From positions 1-49,755 of the forward strand of contig JACOWY010000002.1 of NCBI GenBank assembly GCA_016176555.1: DNA of 49,755 bases, given 5' to 3'. Shown one piece after another: positions 18,076 through 27,374 of the stretch. Origin of the DNA: Candidatus Chisholmbacteria bacterium (GTDB taxonomy: Bacteria; Patescibacteriota; Microgenomatia; UBA1400; JACOWY01). Made by a program: the position numbers and the translations under genes. The notes beneath the pieces are model-generated. The model made no database searches. It had not been told where the DNA came from and was given only the letters and a program-made list of their open reading frames with translations. The number at the start of each line of letters is the position of its first letter. Within the stretch, counting starts at the first letter, position 1.

Positions 18076-19035
18076 TTAGTTGTTCTCGCCGGAACTAGTG
18101 GCTGCTTCGGTATCTTGATCGGTGTCGGGGGTTTCATCTTGTGCCCCTAAAATGTCTTCGTCGCCCGGCTGTGAACCACGGATGACGACGACGGCAAATT
18201 CTGAATCCGCGTCGAGGGTATCGTCGATGTCTATATCTTCATAATCATCTCTAAGATCAGATTCGACAAGCTCGGCAATCTCGTCTTCACCTTCTTTGAC
18301 TTGAATGGTGATGCCGGTGTAGTCGTAGTTTTGGGCATTCCCGGTGTCTATGTCTTCGAAACCGGCCGCCTCCAGGATGGCGGCTAACTTGCCGGCTTCA
18401 CCAGCAATACCTGAGCCGTTGAGGACTTGGACTTTGATATCCTCCCGCTTGAGCTCTTCTTGAGGCTCAGGTGACGGTGAAGCAGAGGAGGTGGCGGGGG
18501 GTTCGATCAGGATGTCGGTAACTGAGGGTTGATTTTGGGGTTCCCTTGAGGAAGCGAAAAAGAACCTCCACGCGCCGACGCCAATGAGGGCGAGGGCGAG
18601 GAGAATAATGACAATCCACCAAGGGAATTTTCGTTGCGGTTCACGGTTGAAACGAAAGTCGTGTGGGGCTGATTGATTTGGATTTGAGTCGGTCATACTC
18701 GCTCCCTCGTGAGTAAAACCTGATGTTTGGTACGGATTGGCCATAGATGGTCGTTGAGGGTTTCCGTCAGAGGCGCCCGCCTGCCGGTCGGGCAGGGACC
18801 AGCCTTTGGCTGGGGTTTCTTCAGCTGGTGCTTCTTGGGGCTCAAGTGGTTCATTCCTTTCTGATTCGCTACTCAGGTTTTCAGCTTCTTCTACTACCTG
18901 AAACTGTGGTCGAGCCGTTTCAGGCTCCAGGGCATCTGATTCTAATGTGTCTTCGGGGGCAGGAGTACTGTGGTCAAGTGAGGCAGGTTCTTTATTGGCA
19001 GCGGGATGTTTTGATTTTGATTTCTTGTCGGGCAT
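18076..19035 (-). CDS. Membrane protein with LytR C-terminal (LytR_C) domain
   Basis: Acidic disordered N-terminus, TM helix, V.VLNGSGI.G.A..L...L...GF....GNA. Confidence 0.85.
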   Translation of the reverse strand: MPDKKSKSKHPAANKEPASLDHSTPAPEDTLESDALEPETARPQFQVVEEAENLSSESERNEPLEPQEAPAEETPAKGWSLPDRQAGASDGNPQRPSMANPYQTSGFTHEGASMTDSNPNQSAPHDFRFNREPQRKFPWWIVIILLALALIGVGAWRFFFASSREPQNQPSVTDILIEPPATSSASPSPEPQEELKREDIKVQVLNGSGIAGEAGKLAAILEAAGFEDIDTGNAQNYDYTGITIQVKEGEDEIAELVESDLRDDYEDIDIDDTLDADSEFAVVVIRGSQPGDEDILGAQDETPDTDQDTEAATSSGENN

Positions 19036-19090
19036 GACTGACAGAAGCTTTAAGTAGGTGGCAGTTTAGCAGATTAGGTGCACTCTCTGC

Positions 19091-19145
19091 AATGGTCTAC
19101 GGTCTCCTCAGGCGACCCGACGTTACTAACTCTCGTTCGTGATGG
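19091..19145 (+). repeat. CTAC-hairpin-CCG element
   Basis: AATGGTCTACGGTCTCCTCAGGCGACCCGACGTTAC resembles 9075-9110. Confidence 0.75.
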
Positions 19146-19188
19146 CAACAGGGATATACTATCATAAACGTATCTATTGAGCATCTCT

Positions 19189-20532
19189 ATGTTGCGGCTG
19201 CCCGGATATTCTCCACAACACGGAAGTATTTTCTTGGAAATTATTATTGCCATCGGGATTTTGGCGGCACTCATTGGAGCCATCGCGAGTTTAGTGGTGG
19301 CTTCTTATGATTTAGTGGGTTACTCGCGGACGCGGATCACGGCTCGGCATTTGGCGACGGAGAAGATGGAGATAATCCGCAACCTGCCTTACAGTGAAGT
19401 GGCGGTGTTGGGGGGAGTGCCAGCGGGGAGCTTGCCACAACTTGAAACTATAGAGCGGAATGGGCTGCCCTATACCATAAGGACGAATGTGGTGTACATT
19501 GACGATCCGTTTGATGGGTTAGCGCCCGCGGATATGCTACCCATTGATTACAAACGGGCGCGGGTGGATGTGAGTTGGACGGGGACTTTTGCCTCTGATG
19601 CGACGATAACGATGATCACCGACATTGCGCCCAAAGGCATTGAATCGGTGGGTGAAGGGGGGACTTTGTCGATTTTGGTTTTCGATGCTTTGGCCCAAGT
19701 TGTGCCTCAGGCGGAGGTACGAATTCAAAACGCGGAGGTGAATCCGGCGATTGACTTAACCGTTTTATCTGACAGTAACGGGCGGGTGATGCTGCCAGGA
19801 TCGCCAGTGTGTTTTGAATGCTATCAGATTACGGTGACAAAGGAGGGTTTTAGTCTCGACCGGACTTACACCACAGCGGAAGTGGCTCATCCGGCGAAGC
19901 CGCCGGCGACGGTTAACGATCAATCCATCACTGAAATTAGTTTTGCCATTGACAGGGTGGCAACGCTGACTGTGTATTCGACTCGGGGTCGGGAAGATGG
20001 CTATGCGTTTTTGTCCAATCAGTTCTTTCAGTTGACGGGGACGAAACAGATTGGGACCGACACACTCGAAGATCCGGTATTCAAGTATGACGTTTTGAAT
20101 AAAACTGACAATGGGGGTTCGGTGACTCTCTCTAACATGGAATGGGATATCTACACTTTGACGATTCCGTCACCAGATTGGGATTTTGCCGGGAGCAACC
20201 CGTTTTCTCCCTTGGCTCTTTTACCCGGAGGTTCACAAATCTGGCAATTCGTGACGGTACCCCACCAAGATTACACCTTGCTTTTTAAAGTCACCGAGGC
20301 GAGTGGCAGTGCCATCCCCGACGCTACTCTTCACCTTTTGGGTCCAGGTAATTATGATGAAGCACTGTTTTCTGGTCCAGCTGCGGCGCCAGATTTTGGC
20401 CAGGCATTTTTTAGTCCGCTCACCGCGGGAACGTATAGCGGAGAAGCGACGAAGAGTGGTTATTTGACGACGTCGTTTGAGGCGACTGCATCAGGAAATG
20501 TGACTAATACTCTGATTCTTAATCCGCTATGA
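19189..20532 (+). CDS. Pilin-like (PilV-type N-terminus) protein with carboxypeptidase-regulatory-like beta domains
   Basis: G|SIFLE prepilin-like motif, A..LA.EKME.IRN and Y.ITVTK.GFS; start ATG19189 assumed. Confidence 0.8.
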   Translation: MLRLPGYSPQHGSIFLEIIIAIGILAALIGAIASLVVASYDLVGYSRTRITARHLATEKMEIIRNLPYSEVAVLGGVPAGSLPQLETIERNGLPYTIRTNVVYIDDPFDGLAPADMLPIDYKRARVDVSWTGTFASDATITMITDIAPKGIESVGEGGTLSILVFDALAQVVPQAEVRIQNAEVNPAIDLTVLSDSNGRVMLPGSPVCFECYQITVTKEGFSLDRTYTTAEVAHPAKPPATVNDQSITEISFAIDRVATLTVYSTRGREDGYAFLSNQFFQLTGTKQIGTDTLEDPVFKYDVLNKTDNGGSVTLSNMEWDIYTLTIPSPDWDFAGSNPFSPLALLPGGSQIWQFVTVPHQDYTLLFKVTEASGSAIPDATLHLLGPGNYDEALFSGPAAAPDFGQAFFSPLTAGTYSGEATKSGYLTTSFEATASGNVTNTLILNPL

Positions 20533-21161
20533 AGGGTCACAGAAAACGGCAGTTTTGGGGTCAATATGGCTTTACCTATTTAGAGCTTTTGGTGGGATTG
20601 GGAATTGTCCTGACCGTCATCGCGTTTCTAGTAGGCATGCAAGTGATGCTGCAACAATCATACCGTTTTTCATTCAATCTTTCGGCAACGACTGATCAGG
20701 CTAATAGTGTGGCTGCCGACATGGTGAGGGCTTTAAGAGGGGCCCTGCCTTCAGAAACCGGAGCTTATCCTTTAGAAGTGCTCGATGATCAGCAAATCGT
20801 TTTTTATAGTGATGTGGATGCGGATGGCCGAACAGAACGAGTGCGATTTTTTTTGGAAGGAGTAGAGCTTAAACGGGGGATCATCGAACCGACTGATTTT
20901 CCGGTTAGCTATCCCACAGAAAACGAGACGGTTAAAGTGTTGAGTGATTATGTGCAAAATGGGGCTCAACCTCTCTTTTATTATTACAATGGGGCCTGGC
21001 CGACCGACGCGGTGAATAACCCGCTTAATGTCGAATCTCGATTGAGTGACACTCGATTTGTGCAACTTTTCATGACTTTGAATGTTGATCCCACGCGACC
21101 AGAATCTAATTTCAACCTCTCTCCTTATGTGCAGCTACGGAATCTTAAGGAGAACCTATGA
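20529..21161 (+). CDS. Minor pilin (PilW/PulJ-like)
   Basis: G|FTYLELLV class III signal; C-terminal V.LRN. Confidence 0.85.
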   Translation: MKGHRKRQFWGQYGFTYLELLVGLGIVLTVIAFLVGMQVMLQQSYRFSFNLSATTDQANSVAADMVRALRGALPSETGAYPLEVLDDQQIVFYSDVDADGRTERVRFFLEGVELKRGIIEPTDFPVSYPTENETVKVLSDYVQNGAQPLFYYYNGAWPTDAVNNPLNVESRLSDTRFVQLFMTLNVDPTRPESNFNLSPYVQLRNLKENL

Positions 21162-22567
21162 GACAAAATCCAAATTACAAATTACAAATTACAAATTACC
21201 CTGGGAGCGCGGGGTCGGTGATGGTGGGGTTGGTGTTTATGGTGGCGACGTTTTCAATCGTGGTCTATGCCCTGCTTTTAACCGTGGGTTCGCAGTTGGA
21301 GTTTACTTTTCGCCAGGTGGCTTTGGATCAAGCGCTGAATATTGCCGAAGCGGGAGTAAATTACTACCGCTGGCATTTAGCTCATGCTCCTTCTGATTTT
21401 GTAACTGATACGGGGGTTCATGATTACCGAGATCCTCAGGGCGATCTGATGGGTGCGTTCGATCTTAATATCACCCCTCCCATTGATGGCTCAACTATCG
21501 TCACCATTACCTCGACAGGATGGGCGGCTGATTTTCCCGAGGTCTTAAGAACTATTACGGCTCAATATGGTCAACCTTCTTTGGCGAGTTTTTCTTTTTT
21601 AAGCGACTCCAGCTTATGGTTTGGGAATGGGATTGTTGTCGGGGGACCGGTGCACTCCAACAACGGGATACGGATGGACGGCACTAACCAATCAACGGTG
21701 ACGAGCAGTAAAGAAACGTATACCTGTGGGGTTGAAACTGGTTGCTGGCCTAAGACGCAAATTAAACCAGGAGTGTGGGGTAATGGCGGGCCTCAAGCTT
21801 TGTGGAGTTTTCCGGTGCCGGCCACCGACTTTGATAGCATCAGTGTCGATTTTGCCCAAATGCGGACTGCGGCGCAAACTTCGGGGGTATATCTTGGCCC
21901 TTCAGATGCGGCTGGCTACCATTTAGTTTTTAACAGCGGTGGAACTGTGGCCGTATACCAAGTGACTGCCACTACTTATAAGCGAGGTTACACGTTGGAA
22001 GATGGGTGCCAGAACCTTTATCAAACTATTGTGACTGAAGCGCTGCTTGACACCTATGAACTCGCAGATATTTCCCTGCTTTTTGCTGAGGACATTTTGT
22101 GGGTTGAGGGAGTCGTTAATGGTCAGATTACCGTGGTGGCGGTCCGTTTTCCCATCGGGACGTTTGAAACTAATATTTGGATTCCGGACAACATCACCTA
22201 TTTAGCTAAAGACGGTCAACACAAACTAGGATTGATGGCCCAGAATGACATATATTTTGCCTTGGATGTACCCGATTATTTTGAAATTGATGCAGCCATG
22301 GTAGCTCAAAATGGACGGATTTCTCGGCATCACTATAACCGGCAGGGGTGCAGCCACTATAACCAATCCCAGAGGAATGAAATCACTATTTATGGGACGG
22401 TTATCAGTCGAGAAAAGTCTTACTGGAATTTCGGTAGTGGTCCGGGCCAACCTGCTTCAGGGTTTGTAAAACGGACGATACTGTATGACCAATCATTGAT
22501 TTACACACCCCCACCTTACTTTCCGACTTTGGGTAATTATGAGCTGATTTCATGGCGCGAGGAGTAG
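21158..22567 (+). CDS. PilX-like minor pilin with large C-terminal domain
   Basis: Hydrophobic N-terminus without E5, ALNIAEAG, GPVHSN and terminal ISWRE. Confidence 0.82.
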   Translation: MRQNPNYKLQITNYPGSAGSVMVGLVFMVATFSIVVYALLLTVGSQLEFTFRQVALDQALNIAEAGVNYYRWHLAHAPSDFVTDTGVHDYRDPQGDLMGAFDLNITPPIDGSTIVTITSTGWAADFPEVLRTITAQYGQPSLASFSFLSDSSLWFGNGIVVGGPVHSNNGIRMDGTNQSTVTSSKETYTCGVETGCWPKTQIKPGVWGNGGPQALWSFPVPATDFDSISVDFAQMRTAAQTSGVYLGPSDAAGYHLVFNSGGTVAVYQVTATTYKRGYTLEDGCQNLYQTIVTEALLDTYELADISLLFAEDILWVEGVVNGQITVVAVRFPIGTFETNIWIPDNITYLAKDGQHKLGLMAQNDIYFALDVPDYFEIDAAMVAQNGRISRHHYNRQGCSHYNQSQRNEITIYGTVISREKSYWNFGSGPGQPASGFVKRTILYDQSLIYTPPPYFPTLGNYELISWREE

Positions 22568-22568
22568 G

Positions 22569-23273
22569 ATGGAATTATTTGAGCGAGTTCGAGCCTCAAA
22601 GAATATTTTATACATGCTGGCTGGAGCGGTTTTGCTCTTACTTTTATTCGGCGGAGTCTTTCTTTCAGGCAGATCACCGAAGCCGTCTCCATCGCCGACG
22701 AGAGGCACAATTTCAGAAGTAACGATCGATAACGGCTCGACACGCCTGACCGTGAAGCGGAATGGGGTGGTTAGAGTAGCCCATGGCGATAGGGTTTTTT
22801 ATCAATTCTGGGAAGAGGAAAGAGTAGAAGAGCTGTTTAGCAGACTAGAAACTTTGGATTTGAGTAGTTTTGATTCTCAGTTAAAGCCGGGGGAAGTGGG
22901 ATATGTTTTAACCTTGACTACAAGTCAAGGGGTAATCACCATTGCTATACCTCAAGATGCCTTAGATTTACCTGACGTAATACAAGAGTTGATTGAGACA
23001 GTTGATGAGCTGACCGAGCAATTTGATGAAGATGAGGCAGCAGGGGGGGCGGCAGCGTTGTTATCCTCACCCTCTCCTTCGCCTTCGCCTCTAGCGAGCT
23101 TCACACCCACACCCGTGCCTGCGGTTTTACCTTCTGCCGTGCCGTCGCCGACTCCGACACCAACTTCGGGTTCAGGGGGAGGATTACCGACGCAGCAAAT
23201 ATTTGCGTGTGAGTTTGCTGGAGCAACCAGAATCCGGGTACTGTCGGAAACAATTTGTGATTTGCTAGAGTAA
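22569..23273 (+). CDS. Membrane-anchored hypothetical protein with Pro/Ser/Thr linker
   Basis: TM helix; last gene of the minor-pilin operon. Confidence 0.75.
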   Translation: MELFERVRASKNILYMLAGAVLLLLLFGGVFLSGRSPKPSPSPTRGTISEVTIDNGSTRLTVKRNGVVRVAHGDRVFYQFWEEERVEELFSRLETLDLSSFDSQLKPGEVGYVLTLTTSQGVITIAIPQDALDLPDVIQELIETVDELTEQFDEDEAAGGAAALLSSPSPSPSPLASFTPTPVPAVLPSAVPSPTPTPTSGSGGGLPTQQIFACEFAGATRIRVLSETICDLLE

Positions 23274-23302
23274 TTGTCGTTTGAAAGCTTGAGCACCACA
23301 AA

Positions 23303-23320
23303 CCGGGCCACATGGGCCCG
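23303..23320. terminator. Hairpin between convergent pilin operons
   Basis: CCGGGC(C)..GCCCGG stem with downstream T run. Confidence 0.45.
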
Positions 23321-23346
23321 GAATGTTTTTCGACTAACTTAAATGC

Positions 23347-23793
23347 CTAGCGGGTGACCGTAATGGTGGCAGTTAACTCACCACTAGCAGAGGCGACGAC
23401 CCGGCCATTGGCATCTTCGTAGATAGAGTATTGGGTGTCGGCCGGAGAGCCGGTGTTCGGATCTTCAGGCATAGCGGCAATGTAGGTAGGCACGAGATCA
23501 GCGGAAAGATCAAAACAACCTGCCCCTGTGCCTACACATGTCGCTGTGGTCGGAAAGTTGGCATCATCGGGCAAGTTGCCGTTGTTTTCGGCGGCGAACT
23601 GATAGATGGCGTTGGTGAGAGAGTAGAGATCTGCTCGTCGTTGGGTGTCGCGGGCGCTAGAAAATTGACGACCAGGGTTGACAGCGACCAAGACGATGGC
23701 TGCCAAAATGGTGATGACGCCGATGACGACAAGAAGCTCAATGAGGGTAAACCCTCGAATACCGGCAGGCAAGCTCTTGTACAGTTTTTTCAC
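23347..23793 (-). CDS. Type IV major pilin candidate (start GTG23793)
   Basis: RG|FTLIELLVVI and VNP.RQF..ARD.QR..D; SD GAGGGGGTGA upstream of the GTG. Confidence 0.9.
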   Translation of the reverse strand: MKKLYKSLPAGIRGFTLIELLVVIGVITILAAIVLVAVNPGRQFSSARDTQRRADLYSLTNAIYQFAAENNGNLPDDANFPTTATCVGTGAGCFDLSADLVPTYIAAMPEDPNTGSPADTQYSIYEDANGRVVASASGELTATITVTR

Positions 23794-23898
23794 TCTTCTC
23801 ACCCCCTCTCAACTTTGGATGAATCTGATGTATAAAAACCGGTGATATATTAAGTTAAGCAACTCCTCTAGTGCTTGTCAATGACTCCAGCACTCTGG

Positions 23899-24093
23899 TT
23901 ATGGTTCTTGTGGGGTGATTTTTTCTATGGCTTGGTCGAGGGTGCGAGTGTCTAATCTGGTGGTAAGATTTGAGACTAAGGCTTCATCGACTGTTTGGCT
24001 TTTTTGATATTGAGTCAATGAAAACCAAAGGGTGGCGGCGATGAGAGCGGTTAAAAAGATGAGGGCAATGATTTTGACGAGGCTATTTATCAT
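23899..24093 (-). CDS. Small single-TM protein in the PilP position
   Basis: ATGA overlap with the pilO stop; TM helix. Confidence 0.7.
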   Translation of the reverse strand: MINSLVKIIALIFLTALIAATLWFSLTQYQKSQTVDEALVSNLTTRLDTRTLDQAIEKITPQEP

Positions 24094-24665
24094 TCTCCTC
24101 CTTTGGCAAAATCGGCGGCCACAAACAAGACGCCGGAAATTCTGGCGGTAACCAAACTACTTTCAAGACCGGCAGGGGCCTCTACCTCGAGATGCTCGAA
24201 GCGGATTTGGAAGCTGCCTCGCTTGATTTTTTGCAAGAAATTCATCAGGTTATCATTGGCGCCAGTGATGGCAAGGCTGAGGGGAATAAACCACAACTTA
24301 TCTTTATTGGCGCTCGGGACGTTGCTGGTGAAATTAAGAGTGGCAGTAACTTCCTCAGTTTCGGCAGTAGTGGTGACAGACTCAATGAAATCGGGGATAT
24401 CTGCTTCTTTGGGAAGCGCTTCATTGAGCTGGGTGATCTTTCCGGAATATGTTTGTAGATTTTGCTCTAAACTCTGGCTGTTTTGGCGGTTACGCTTTAA
24501 GGCTTCAAGATGGCTAGTCTCCACTTGACCTTGGGAAGCGGTGTTAGTCAAAAGCAGGCCGGTAACTAAATTAATGCCGATTAGGGCTACGGCGGCTATG
24601 GGGGTGACTAAGGCCCCAAAATGAATTTTGGGAGTTGGGGGAGAGGGTTGAGGCGTTTGGCTCAT
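24090..24665 (-). CDS. pilO: PilO-like protein
   Basis: TM helix, coiled coil, ALP....IP.F and G....L..FL motifs; operon position. Confidence 0.75.
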   Translation of the reverse strand: MSQTPQPSPPTPKIHFGALVTPIAAVALIGINLVTGLLLTNTASQGQVETSHLEALKRNRQNSQSLEQNLQTYSGKITQLNEALPKEADIPDFIESVTTTAETEEVTATLNFTSNVPSANKDKLWFIPLSLAITGANDNLMNFLQKIKRGSFQIRFEHLEVEAPAGLESSLVTARISGVLFVAADFAKGGE

Positions 24666-26083
24666 GACGGTTTGGCGAGATCAACGGCGATTGAATATGG
24701 GATATCTTGTTGTTTTTCTAAGGTGGGTAAGGGAATGGTGACCACATCAAATACTTCTTTCGTTTCGAGATTGGCTTTAAAAAGGAGTAATGCGTCTCTA
24801 GTTGTGGCCAGGCCCCCGACCAACAAAACCTGCTCGGGTAGATCGAGGGTGTAAGTGACGACGCTCACCCCCTGGGGAATGGCGGCCTCAAGCTCTTTGA
24901 TGACTACGACGAGGAGATCGGGCGAGGGCAGGCGGCTCACCGTCCGCGCTTGAGCGTTGGCGGCTTCGGCGGTTTTGGCCAAACTGGTATAGGAAGCTTG
25001 GGTGGTTGATTGTTCTTCGGCCTCAATTTGTGACTGAAGTCCCCTGAGGTTAATTTTGATGAGAATAAATGTGGTCGCCATGATAATGGCGGTAAGAGTC
25101 AGCGCAGTGAGGGCAAATTTAACGCCGAAAGACAGGCTCTTTTTCTCGGATAGTTTTTCGTACATAGTTTGGACTTCTTCTGGGAGGAGATTGATTGATT
25201 TGGTATCTTTTGGAGGAGTAGTTTCAGCTTGAACGAGAGAAAATGAGACAGCAAAAGCGTGAATTTTCGGGGGGAGGTTTTGGGCTATGGGCAAGGAAAC
25301 GAGAGCTCCCGTTAATTGGGTGTTTTGGCTGACAAACTTAACCCACTCGGGTGTGGCACCTTCGCCGCAGAGAAAAACTGTCTCGGCTCGTTGCTGGTAT
25401 TTTTGGGTATAAAACGAATTGAGGGCGATGATTTTTTTCACTACCTCTTCGGGGTTTTCGACTAGGCTACTTAAGCAAACAGTGCCAACTTCATTGACCA
25501 AGATAATGGTGGATTGTGTTTGGCGGATTTCGGCGACAAAGCATAGCTTCCCGGGGGGGGCGAGCCTAGCCAGAGAGATTGACGTGGGCTCACAAGCCAG
25601 TGGTCTTAAACCGCTTTGGATGACGGCGGAGATAATCGGATTAAGATACGTTTTGGGAGCGGCGACGATGACTATTTCAGAGGTATCTAGATCAGTTGAA
25701 GCAGGCCGGAGTTTTTTCCAATCGAAGACGTAGTCCTTTGGGTCTGCTGGCAGTTTTTCCTCAGCTTGCCAACGGATAGACTCAGCAAAATTACCGTTAT
25801 CAAGCGCGGTGGCTGTGAAGGTGGTGGTAAAGGTTTTATCGTCGGGAAAGCCAATGATAGCTGGCGCTCCTTGAGCTTTGGCTTGGGCAACGGCAACTTT
25901 AAGAGTGGCGACAAGCTTTTGGGGGTCTTTGATGTTCCCAGGTTCGATAACTTTCTCGGGTAAGGGGTGTTGGTAGAGATTTAAAACCCGATTATTTTTT
26001 TTGTCGAACTTAAGAATGGTGATGTCACTGCCAGTGACCCTGACGCTAGTAACGATGTTCTCTGGTGCATCAAAAAGTGCCAT
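24662..26083 (-). CDS. PilM-PilN fusion protein
   Basis: PilM-like actin fold (I.WQA...LP, EP.S.SLAR, VFLCGEGA) then INLLP, TM helix and PilN domain. Confidence 0.82.
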   Translation of the reverse strand: MALFDAPENIVTSVRVTGSDITILKFDKKNNRVLNLYQHPLPEKVIEPGNIKDPQKLVATLKVAVAQAKAQGAPAIIGFPDDKTFTTTFTATALDNGNFAESIRWQAEEKLPADPKDYVFDWKKLRPASTDLDTSEIVIVAAPKTYLNPIISAVIQSGLRPLACEPTSISLARLAPPGKLCFVAEIRQTQSTIILVNEVGTVCLSSLVENPEEVVKKIIALNSFYTQKYQQRAETVFLCGEGATPEWVKFVSQNTQLTGALVSLPIAQNLPPKIHAFAVSFSLVQAETTPPKDTKSINLLPEEVQTMYEKLSEKKSLSFGVKFALTALTLTAIIMATTFILIKINLRGLQSQIEAEEQSTTQASYTSLAKTAEAANAQARTVSRLPSPDLLVVVIKELEAAIPQGVSVVTYTLDLPEQVLLVGGLATTRDALLLFKANLETKEVFDVVTIPLPTLEKQQDIPYSIAVDLAKPS

Positions 26084-26155
26084 GGGCAGAAAGTGGCTAC
26101 ATTTAATTTCACCGGTTGACTCGGTGATACATTTAATTGTAGCGCACCGTTTACC

Positions 26156-27370
26156 CTACTGTATACCTTGGAGGCTCGAAACGAGGCTGTAGACTGGCGC
26201 GATGACTGACAGCACCATGCCGCCGACACCAATGCCAATGATGAGCATAATTACGGGCTCTAAGATGGCCGTAAAATTTTTAATTTCGCTCTCTAGTTCT
26301 TGTTCATAAAAGTCGGCGACCTCAAAAAGAATCTTATCGAGACTACCGGTTTTTTCTCCGGTCGAGATCATGCTGATGAGCATTTGGGGAATGTGCTCAG
26401 AATGACGGCGGAAGATGCTGGCCATTGATTCGCCTTTTTTAATATCCTCGGTTAAGGCAAGGGTGAGGGGCTTAAATTTTTTTTGGGTTAAGGTGTTGGT
26501 CGCCACGGTGAGGGATTCGGTAATCGGCACGCCACTTTGCATCAGGGTCGCCAGCGTTCGGGCGAAGCGGGCGATGTCAAGTTTCTCAAAAAGATTTTTG
26601 ACTCCGGGCACTTGTTTGACGAGGCTCAGCAATACTTCTTTGCCTTTATTGGTGCGTGAAGCTATAACAACGCTTACCACTACTAAACCGAAGGCCGCGC
26701 CAATAAACGGTAAATTTCGATTAAAGTTAAGTACAAATTCAAACACTGTTTTAGTCATAGCAGGAACGGGCAAGGAAGAGTTGAGAAAAACTTTGGCTAT
26801 TTGAGGAATGACAAAGACGATTAAGACTGTGCCTACCGCAAACATGGTGGCGATGATGACGGCGGGGTAGATGAGGGCACCCTTGACTTTTTGAGACAGG
26901 TTATGACTAGCCAGGAGTTGGTCTTCAAGATATTTAAACGATTGTTGCAGCGAGCCACTTTGATCGCCAGCCCGAACAATGGTGATAAAGATCTTGCCGA
27001 AGATCCCGGGGTAGCGGGCGAAAGCATCGGAAAGTGATTCTCCTTGATTGAGGCGGTTTTGGGTATCCTGAAGCAGTTTCTTTAAGGTGGGGTTGCGGGT
27101 ATCTTTGACTATGGTATCGAGGGCTTCGGAGAGGGGTAAGCCGGCGTTGATCATTGTGCTTAGGTAACGACAGAGGTTGGCTTTGTCGATGGTTGAGACT
27201 GAGCCCCCGACGGAATTTAGGATAGTTGGGTTTTTGCGCTCGGTGAGCTTAAGAATTTGGTAGCGCTGAGAGCGAAGCAGATTGGCCGCATCGTCGAGGT
27301 TTCCGGCAGAAAGAGTTTCGGAGATAATGGTGCCTTGGGTGTCGCGAGCGGTATAGTCAAAACGAGCCAT
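26156..27370 (-). CDS. pilC: Type II secretion F / PilC platform protein
   Basis: LSTMINAGLPL..AL, GDQSG.L, ALIYP, GEKTG.L and LEP motifs. Confidence 0.95.
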   Translation of the reverse strand: MARFDYTARDTQGTIISETLSAGNLDDAANLLRSQRYQILKLTERKNPTILNSVGGSVSTIDKANLCRYLSTMINAGLPLSEALDTIVKDTRNPTLKKLLQDTQNRLNQGESLSDAFARYPGIFGKIFITIVRAGDQSGSLQQSFKYLEDQLLASHNLSQKVKGALIYPAVIIATMFAVGTVLIVFVIPQIAKVFLNSSLPVPAMTKTVFEFVLNFNRNLPFIGAAFGLVVVSVVIASRTNKGKEVLLSLVKQVPGVKNLFEKLDIARFARTLATLMQSGVPITESLTVATNTLTQKKFKPLTLALTEDIKKGESMASIFRRHSEHIPQMLISMISTGEKTGSLDKILFEVADFYEQELESEIKNFTAILEPVIMLIIGIGVGGMVLSVIAPVYSLVSSLQGIQ

Positions 27371-27374
27371 ATGT